Below are positions 1 through 4,249 of a DNA stretch of 9,674 nucleotides, piece by piece. The position numbers and the translations under genes are program-made. Positions within the stretch are counted from its first letter, which is position 1, and each line of letters begins with the position of its first letter. A model generated the notes under the pieces. It saw only the letters and a list, made by a program, of their open reading frames with translations. It did not search any database and was not told where the DNA came from. The stretch comes from Candidatus Nanopusillus sp. (GTDB lineage: Archaea; Nanobdellota; Nanobdellia; Nanobdellales; Nanobdellaceae): the NCBI GenBank assembly GCA_036845085.1, contig DAIUEN010000008.1, positions 9,788 to 19,461 on the forward strand, in the 5' to 3' direction.

Positions 1-3
1 GAT

Positions 4-18
4 AAAATATTTTATATT
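4..18 (+). promoter_or_regulatory. TATA-like box for leaderless small ORF 40..207
   Basis: 'ttttatat' starts at 10, exactly 30 nt upstream of the ATG at 40. Eight other starts in the window have the same spacing. Confidence 0.4.
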
Positions 19-39
19 TTTATTATTATACTATTATTT

Positions 40-207
40 ATGACATATCAAATATTATCAATATTAATAATAATATTAACTACGATCGTCGAGATATGGG
101 CAATACTAAATGAACCACTTCTTAAACATGAATTAGTCCGTATTGCTATCGGAATTGTTATAGCTTTAGATGTATTAGTCTTGTTAGGCATATTATTAAA
201 TTTATGA
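40..207 (+). CDS. small two-TM hairpin membrane protein (55 aa), below the ORF-track length cutoff
   Basis: Hand translation: MTYQILSILIIILTTIVEIWAILNEPLLKHELVRIAIGIVIALDVLVLLGILLNL, stop TGA 205-207. It has two hydrophobic helices and a TATA-like box at -30. Confidence 0.45.
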   Translation: MTYQILSILIIILTTIVEIWAILNEPLLKHELVRIAIGIVIALDVLVLLGILLNL

Positions 208-226
208 GCTACGTAATAATATATCC

Positions 227-240
227 AAAAAACTTATAAG
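227..240 (+). promoter_or_regulatory. archaeal BRE/TATA-like promoter, leaderless
   Basis: 'aaaaaacttataag'. The 'cttataag' at 233-240 starts 30 nt before the ATG at 263. Confidence 0.55.
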
Positions 241-262
241 AGTTTCGTATATATCTAATATT

Positions 263-820
263 ATGTTAGAAATTTCTGATTTATTAACACTAGATGAATA
301 TACAATATTAGAAAAGTATAAATTATCAAATATGCAAGAATTAGTAAATAATCTAAAAAGTATAAAAAAAGAAATCCAAAAACTAGAAATAAAATTAAAG
401 GAAGAAAATCTTGATCCTATAGAAAAAAATATTATAGAATCGCAGCTAAAAGACTTATATAAAGTCAAAGAATCTTTAAGACCAGTATTACAAAAAGTTT
501 TAGATGTTCTCAAAAAAGAATTAAGAATAATATTAGAAACTTTAAAATATAGTTCTGATTTTAATATTAAAAATTATGGTAATAGTATAATCTTCTATGA
601 AGTTAAGGATGGATATACCAAAGAAATAACAGAGTTTATAAATAAATACAATCAGAGCATCTCATCTATAGAATTTAATTTTCAGTCAAACCTTATGCGA
701 AGCATATCAAAAAGTTTAAAACAAAAAAATGCATCTTTATTAAGAATATGTTTAGAAATAGATGGCTATCTAAATGCTGTTATAAATTTAATTAAAGATA
801 TTGAAGACTTTTTAAACTGA
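263..820 (+). CDS. hypothetical coiled-coil / all-helical protein (185 aa)
   Basis: ORF track. Heptad-like K/E/L/I-rich N-terminal half (KSIKKEIQKLEIKLKEENL...). Promoter at -30. No recognisable catalytic motif. Confidence 0.75.
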   Translation: MLEISDLLTLDEYTILEKYKLSNMQELVNNLKSIKKEIQKLEIKLKEENLDPIEKNIIESQLKDLYKVKESLRPVLQKVLDVLKKELRIILETLKYSSDFNIKNYGNSIIFYEVKDGYTKEITEFINKYNQSISSIEFNFQSNLMRSISKSLKQKNASLLRICLEIDGYLNAVINLIKDIEDFLN

Positions 821-1225
821 TTTTGTTATTAATTTTTTATTATATTCTTCTAATGCCTTCTGATATATATATTCAAGAATATTAATGATTAATGGATTTA
901 TTTTATACAACCTATCAGGATATACATTAATACTTGTTACAATTCCTTTCTTTTTATAAAATATTAACAAAGTTGTTGCTAAAATCTTAATATTATCATA
1001 TTTTGATAATAACACTAAAACTTCATCAAGATTTATTGGTCTAAATATGTCTGAATCTACATACAAGTATGTACCATACAAAGCTAAAAGATACAATATT
1101 GTTTTTCGATGTATTTTTTCGATCTTAGTTGTTTTTTTTAATAATCGTTTTATTTTCTGTTTGTTAGCATACTCAAAAACAATAGGAAAATTCTGATAAA
1201 ACTCCATAAATTTTTGGTTGGCCAT
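812..1225 (-). CDS. hypothetical protein, possible winged-helix DNA-binding regulator (137 aa)
   Basis: ORF track. The segment ...INLDEVLVLLSKYDNIKILATTLLIFYKKKGIVTSINVYPDRLYKIN fits a helix-turn-helix plus 'kkG-hydrophobic ... R-x-Y-x-hydrophobic' wing pattern typical of MarR/PadR-like wHTH proteins. It converges on and overlaps 263..820 by 9 nt. Confidence 0.65.
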   Translation of the reverse strand: MANQKFMEFYQNFPIVFEYANKQKIKRLLKKTTKIEKIHRKTILYLLALYGTYLYVDSDIFRPINLDEVLVLLSKYDNIKILATTLLIFYKKKGIVTSINVYPDRLYKINPLIINILEYIYQKALEEYNKKLITKSV

Positions 1226-1242
1226 ATTTGAAATAACTTATA

Positions 1243-1308
1243 TTATTTTTTAGCCTGTTCTTGTTTTTCTTTTTTACCCTTCTGTGATTGTGTTTTGCCT
1301 TTATCCAT
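1243..1308 (-). CDS. candidate leaderless micro-ORF, 21-aa Lys-rich peptide (MDKGKTQSQKGKKEKQEQAKK)
   Basis: Hand translation. The ATG complement is at 1306-1308 and TAA at 1243-1245. A minus-strand TATA ('ttttataag') lies at the same about -30 spacing used by the long genes. It could equally be a purine-rich 5' UTR of 812..1225. Confidence 0.25.
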   Translation of the reverse strand: MDKGKTQSQKGKKEKQEQAKK

Positions 1309-1330
1309 AATACAAACTATTATCTAAAAA

Positions 1331-1345
1331 TCTTATAAAATTTGT
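1331..1345 (-). promoter_or_regulatory. minus-strand TATA-like promoter for the 1308->812 transcription unit
   Basis: The reverse complement reads 'acaaattttataaga', followed by 23 nt and then the ATG at 1308. The 137-aa ORF itself has no TATA at correct spacing. Confidence 0.45.
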
Positions 1346-1370
1346 GTCTTGACTATAATATAATAACCCA

Positions 1371-1384
1371 AAAATCTTTTAAAT
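1371..1384 (+). promoter_or_regulatory. BRE/TATA-like promoter of the 1406..2615 operon (copy C of the extended promoter module)
   Basis: 'aaaatcttttaaat'. The 'c' at 1376 lies 30 nt before the ATG at 1406. The module TTTTAAATTTTTT-N4/5-AATAAAA-ATTAT is shared with 2622-2654 and 2972-3003. Confidence 0.6.
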
Positions 1385-1405
1385 TTTTTCGAATAATAAA
1401 AAATT

Positions 1406-1924
1406 ATGGAGGTCGAAACATACAAATGGCTAACTCCCAGAAAAATAAAGCAATATCTAAAAAGGCGGTCTGAGCTAATCTTTGAGCTAAGAGAAGTAAA
1501 CAGCAAACTAGAAGAGCCTCAGAAATTGCCAGAAAAAGTAAAAGAAGAATTAACTCAGAAAAAAAATCAGATTTTAGATGAACTAGGTACTATTAAAACA
1601 ATATTATTTGAGATTTTTCCATCACTAACAAGAGACATACATTATATAAAAGATAGATTAGGATACCAAATAAAAAAAGACGAAAAAGAAGGAAGAGAAG
1701 TAATAATAGGTGGTCCTTTTGTAAATGTAATAACCTCTCTAGAAGAAACAATGAATAAATTAGATGAAATATATTATAAACTAAATATGAATGGCTTAAA
1801 AACCGCAATCTATGAATTAACAAAAGAATTAGAAAAAATAATAGATTCATTATATAGAATAGATGACGAATTTACGGAAATAATAAAAATAGCTGAAGAT
1901 GTAGAATCTGAATTAAAAGTTTAA
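1406..1924 (+). CDS. hypothetical coiled-coil protein (172 aa)
   Basis: ORF track. Charged helical N-terminal half (ELREVNSKLEEPQKLPEKVKEELTQKKNQILDEL). Promoter at -30. The stop lies 1 nt before the next ATG. Confidence 0.8.
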   Translation: MEVETYKWLTPRKIKQYLKRRSELIFELREVNSKLEEPQKLPEKVKEELTQKKNQILDELGTIKTILFEIFPSLTRDIHYIKDRLGYQIKKDEKEGREVIIGGPFVNVITSLEETMNKLDEIYYKLNMNGLKTAIYELTKELEKIIDSLYRIDDEFTEIIKIAEDVESELKV

Positions 1925-1925
1925 A

Positions 1926-2615
1926 ATGGCAAGATATGTCGCTGAAGTAACTGCAATTACACCTTTATTAGCAGGGTTCTATAAAAAAGCGCATGATTTT
2001 AGACTATTTACAAAAATAGGCCTAGGTACATATTTAGTATTATATAAATCTAATAGTAAAAAATCTAGAGAATCTATAGAAACACTGCACAGAGAGGGAT
2101 ACTTAAGCAGAGATACAACAAATACAATATTAAAATTATTAACAGATGAAAATATTCCAATTCCAGAAGAAACTTATGAAAAAATAAAAGAATTATTATT
2201 AAAAGAAGGATTCAGTGATCTAGACTTTATATTTCCTAGAAACTTGAATAACTTAGAGATAGATTATCATAAATTATTATCAAGACCATTGTATACAGTA
2301 TTAAAATATCGTGGAGATTGGTTAGTTACTCAAATACTAGAAATAAGGCCAGTCAATGTACAGTTAGGAACATATGTAATGTATACATCAAATACTAAAT
2401 CTCCAATATTCTTCGAAACTATAGAACCAGGCTCAAAATTTATAATAGTATTTGAAGCAGAAAATCAAGGAAAAAATGAGTTTGAAGGTTTTATATTAAG
2501 ATTAAAAAAATATGGCAATGGTCATATATCAATAAAAGTATATCCATTAAATACTAACGAAAGTAATAATACAAGCAGAATAAATACAAAACCAAAAACT
2601 CATCATAAGCAATAA
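1926..2615 (+). CDS. hypothetical alpha/beta protein (229 aa) with weak RAMP-like end motifs
   Basis: ORF track. It is coupled to 1406..1924 by a 1-nt spacer. N-terminus is RYVAEVTAITPLLAG. The C-terminal part is ...ETIEPGSKFIIVFEAEN...FEGFILRLKKYGNGHISIKVYP (strand, helix, Gly-loop, strand). These are pattern resemblances only. Confidence 0.8.
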   Translation: MARYVAEVTAITPLLAGFYKKAHDFRLFTKIGLGTYLVLYKSNSKKSRESIETLHREGYLSRDTTNTILKLLTDENIPIPEETYEKIKELLLKEGFSDLDFIFPRNLNNLEIDYHKLLSRPLYTVLKYRGDWLVTQILEIRPVNVQLGTYVMYTSNTKSPIFFETIEPGSKFIIVFEAENQGKNEFEGFILRLKKYGNGHISIKVYPLNTNESNNTSRINTKPKTHHKQ

Positions 2616-2616
2616 G

Positions 2617-2640
2617 ATTATTTTTTAAATTTTTTGTTTT
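2617..2640 (+). terminator. oligo-T terminator for the 1406..2615 operon; also the T-rich TATA region of gap unit 1
   Basis: T6 (2621-2626), T6 (2630-2635) and T4 (2637-2640) lie immediately after the TAA at 2613-2615. Archaeal RNA polymerase terminates at T-runs. Confidence 0.55.
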
Positions 2641-2664
2641 AATAGAATATTATCATTTAATGAT
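2622..2664 (+). promoter_or_regulatory. gap unit 1: TATA-like box plus 4-5-4 palindrome at the predicted start site
   Basis: 'tttttaaat' is followed, 30 nt after position 2622, by ATCA-TTTAA-TGAT (2652-2664). No ATG occupies the start position. Confidence 0.5.
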
Positions 2665-2865
2665 CTATTCTATATATAATACCAAGTGTATTATAAAGAT
2701 CATCGAATTTCTACTTGGCTTTTATTGATTCTCTATATTTCATTCACATTATATAATGGCCAGCACTAACTGACATATATTAAACATGAAAACTAGGTTA
2801 TAATGCATTTCAAATAAATAATATTAGATGATATTTACCCTTTGCTTATTATCTTTTAAGCTTTT
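2652..2865 (+). ncRNA. candidate small RNA 1 (3' end uncertain: T4 at 2719-2722 or T4/T4 at 2854-2865)
   Basis: Predicted start is by analogy with the leaderless promoters. There is a 5' mini-hairpin and a larger imperfect hairpin at 2660-2703. No convincing ORF. Confidence 0.3.
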
Positions 2866-2895
2866 CATACATATACAATAGTATCCAACAGGGAT
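2853..2895 (+). promoter_or_regulatory. gap unit 2: TATA-like box plus 4-5-4 palindrome
   Basis: 'cttttaag' starts at 2853. Thirty nt later comes ATCC-AACAG-GGAT (2883-2895). The 'acaatag' between box and start resembles units 1 and 3. Confidence 0.45.
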
Positions 2896-2985
2896 TTAAT
2901 CTATAACAAATTGCCTATAATTATTTCTCAAGTGCATCTATTCTATTTGGAGTTGCATCTATATAATATCCTTTTTAAATTTTTT
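2883..2985 (+). ncRNA. candidate small RNA 2 (about 100 nt)
   Basis: Bounded by the unit 2 promoter and the T5/T6 runs at 2972-2985. No ATG anywhere in the interval on the + strand. Confidence 0.35.
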
Positions 2986-3013
2986 GTACAATAAAATATT
3001 ATCCGTCTAGGAT
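2971..3013 (+). promoter_or_regulatory. gap unit 3: TATA-like box plus 4-5-4 palindrome (copy B of the extended promoter module)
   Basis: 'ctttttaaattttttgtacaataaaatatt' is followed by ATCC-GTCTA-GGAT (3001-3013). About 29/33 identity to 2622-2654 by hand alignment with one indel. Confidence 0.5.
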
Positions 3014-3053
3014 TTAAGAATTTAGGATTCTACTTATCTGATTCTATTTTTTT
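3001..3053 (+). ncRNA. candidate small RNA 3 (about 50 nt)
   Basis: Predicted start at 3001 and a T7 run at 3047-3053. The 5' 18 nt (ATCCGTCTAGGATTTAAG) match 13/18 with the start of candidate RNA 2 (ATCCAACAGGGATTTAAT). Confidence 0.35.
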
Positions 3054-3087
3054 ATATACTTTAACATTTAACCAATTTGAACTGTAT

Positions 3088-3160
3088 ATCAATAACTATT
3101 TTTTATCAGTTATCTTAACTTTGGGGGTCAAAGTTCATTATAAATTAGATTTATTTTTTT
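3088..3160 (+). ncRNA. possible fourth small transcript with two hairpins
   Basis: Weak TATA-like 'ctttaaca' from 3059 and 'tatca' at 3087-3091. Stems are ATAACT/AGTTAT (3092-3097 / 3108-3113) and AACTTT/AAAGTT (3117-3122 / 3130-3135, loop GGGGGTC). T7 run at 3154-3160. An internal T6 (3099-3104) argues against it. Confidence 0.15.
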
Positions 3161-3208
3161 ACTTAGTATTAACATAATCAAAAGACTTAAAATATGTTGA
3201 TATACCAC

Positions 3209-3222
3209 AAGACTTATTTAAG
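3209..3222 (+). promoter_or_regulatory. TATA-like promoter of the recombinase gene, leaderless
   Basis: 'aagacttatttaag'. The 'c' at 3213 is 30 nt before the ATG at 3243. A near-duplicate 'aagacttaaaat' lies 27 nt upstream (3183-3194). Confidence 0.55.
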
Positions 3223-3242
3223 TTACTAATGCAATAATATAT

Positions 3243-3800
3243 ATGACAGTTGTATTAGGTAAATGGGATAGAGGCTTAGATTTTCTACAAGCAAGAGTAA
3301 CATTAGAGAATTTAATAAGATCACAAAGTAGTTATTTAACATCGATACTACCATCAACAAATAACAAAATGGGTATGGAATTTATATATTACAGTATAGC
3401 ATATGTACAATTATTAAATGGAGCAAGAATTACAGAAGCTATTGAAGCATTAAAATATTATGTAGATACCGGACAGATAACATTTAAACTAGAAGCAAAG
3501 AAAACAAAAGTACTCAGACCTTTCAAGATACCACCATTAATCCAAGTAAACAAAGTACTCTATAATATATACAAACCCATAATATTAAAAGCAAACAAAA
3601 AGATAGTTGTAGCATTCTTAAAAAATAGATTAGGCTGGAATTCTCATAGTTTAAGATATGCATTTATTAGATATGCAATAGAAAAAGGATATACTGCAGA
3701 ACAACTTGCAATAATTTTAGGTCACAAAAAATTAGATACTACATTAGGTTATGCAAGAAATATAGGTGCAGAAAAAATTTTAGATGATATGCAAGGATAA
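3243..3800 (+). CDS. int: tyrosine-type site-specific recombinase/integrase, catalytic domain only (185 aa)
   Basis: The canonical catalytic set is visible: Arg in LLNGARITEA (R62), HSLR box (H135, R138), LGH (H161) and nucleophile Tyr in TTLGYAR (Y170). Only about 45 aa precede the first catalytic Arg. Confidence 0.9.
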   Translation: MTVVLGKWDRGLDFLQARVTLENLIRSQSSYLTSILPSTNNKMGMEFIYYSIAYVQLLNGARITEAIEALKYYVDTGQITFKLEAKKTKVLRPFKIPPLIQVNKVLYNIYKPIILKANKKIVVAFLKNRLGWNSHSLRYAFIRYAIEKGYTAEQLAIILGHKKLDTTLGYARNIGAEKILDDMQG

Positions 3801-3809
3801 GAGTACCAT

Positions 3810-3822
3810 AAAACTTTTATTA
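3810..3822 (+). promoter_or_regulatory. TATA-like promoter of the 3845..7863 unit
   Basis: 'taaaacttttatta'. The 'c' at 3814 is 31 nt before the ATG at 3845. Confidence 0.5.
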
Positions 3823-3844
3823 ACTAATAACATAAATATATTAT

Positions 3845-4249
3845 ATGACTAAACGAAAAAGGAGATGGTTCAAGAATATTTATTTTGAAACTAAAACTAA
3901 GAAAAGAGACTCTGTTTTTGCTGCGGTTCGAGATATAGGTCGAAAAGGAGTAAATAATGCTAAAGAAGTTGGTGCTTTGGCTTTTGCTCAATTATTAGAT
4001 TATCTTGATAAGAAAACAGCTAATCATTATGGTGAAAAAATAAGATTTACTGATACTCTTTGGAGAAAAAGAACAAGAGTCTTATATTTTTTATCAAATA
4101 AATTTGGTGGAAAATCTTATGTAAAATTAGCTCAAAAATTAAAACAAAGTTATGATTCTGGAAAAATTACAGCTAATGAGATAATAAATAAAATAAAAAA
4201 TATTGTACGGGCTGATAAATTACCTCTAATAAAAATAAAGAAAATATGA
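3845..4249 (+). CDS. hypothetical basic protein (134 aa), possibly nucleic-acid binding
   Basis: ORF track. K/R-rich N-terminus (MTKRKRRWFK) and many K/R throughout. Its TGA overlaps the next ATG (ATGA at 4246-4249), implying translational coupling. Confidence 0.75.
   Translation: MTKRKRRWFKNIYFETKTKKRDSVFAAVRDIGRKGVNNAKEVGALAFAQLLDYLDKKTANHYGEKIRFTDTLWRKRTRVLYFLSNKFGGKSYVKLAQKLKQSYDSGKITANEIINKIKNIVRADKLPLIKIKKI

Noticed and set aside
202-513. 103-aa ORF on the minus strand
   Set aside because: It lies almost entirely antisense to the better-supported 263..820 gene and has low-complexity S/F/I-rich composition typical of a shadow frame in AT-rich DNA. It has no TATA box at -30.
812-820. 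9-nt convergent overlap of 263..820 and 812..1225 as a regulatory antisense device
   Set aside because: Short 3' overlaps are common in compact genomes. The T-runs at 821-850 already explain termination of the + transcript. There is no further evidence.
1408-1412. GGAGG as a ribosome-binding site
   Set aside because: It lies downstream of the ATG (codons 1-3 of 1406..1924) and no ORF starts 5-10 nt after it.
1593-1850. 85-aa ORF on the minus strand
   Set aside because: Fully nested antisense in 1406..1924. It is a Leu/Phe-rich mirror of a Lys/Glu-rich coding strand, so a shadow ORF.
2660-2728. 22-codon ORF (MIYSIYNTKCIIKIIEFLLGFY) at the start of gap unit 1
   Set aside because: Its ATG is 8 nt downstream of the predicted start, not at it. 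Units 2 and 3 have no ATG at all. The ORF coincides with a hairpin. An RNA or operator role explains all three units at once.
2880-2902. Resemblance of the minus-strand GATTAAATCCCTGTTGGAT to the 5' part of the Sulfolobales CRISPR repeat (GATTAATCCC-AAAA-GGA..., recalled from memory) and to a tRNA T-arm/att remnant
   Set aside because: The match covers only about 13 nt with an indel and lacks the ATTGAAAG 3' handle. As a tRNA fragment, the acceptor-side sequence would be far too AT-rich for a structured tRNA. It is kept only as a check suggested under the gap finding.
2617-3242. CRISPR array or mini-array in the repeat-containing gap
   Set aside because: The repeated units are 118-350 bp apart rather than at regular 60-75 bp periodicity. 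The shared segments are promoter-like T/A tracts plus a 13-nt palindrome, not 24-37 nt identical repeats flanking unique spacers.
3219-3245. Recombinase as the Int(C) half of an SSV-type integrase split by integration, placing an att junction just upstream
   Set aside because: An in-frame TAA at 3219-3221, a proper ATG and a TATA-like box at -30 indicate an intact, independently expressed gene. No GC-rich tRNA-like sequence lies upstream.
4246-4249. Bacterial (Mollicutes-like, TGA=Trp) origin suggested by the very low G+C
   Set aside because: TGA works as a stop in sensible places (ATGA overlap at 4246-4249, end of 263..820, end of 40..207). Promoters are TATA boxes at -30 rather than -35/-10 elements, and there are no Shine-Dalgarno sites.
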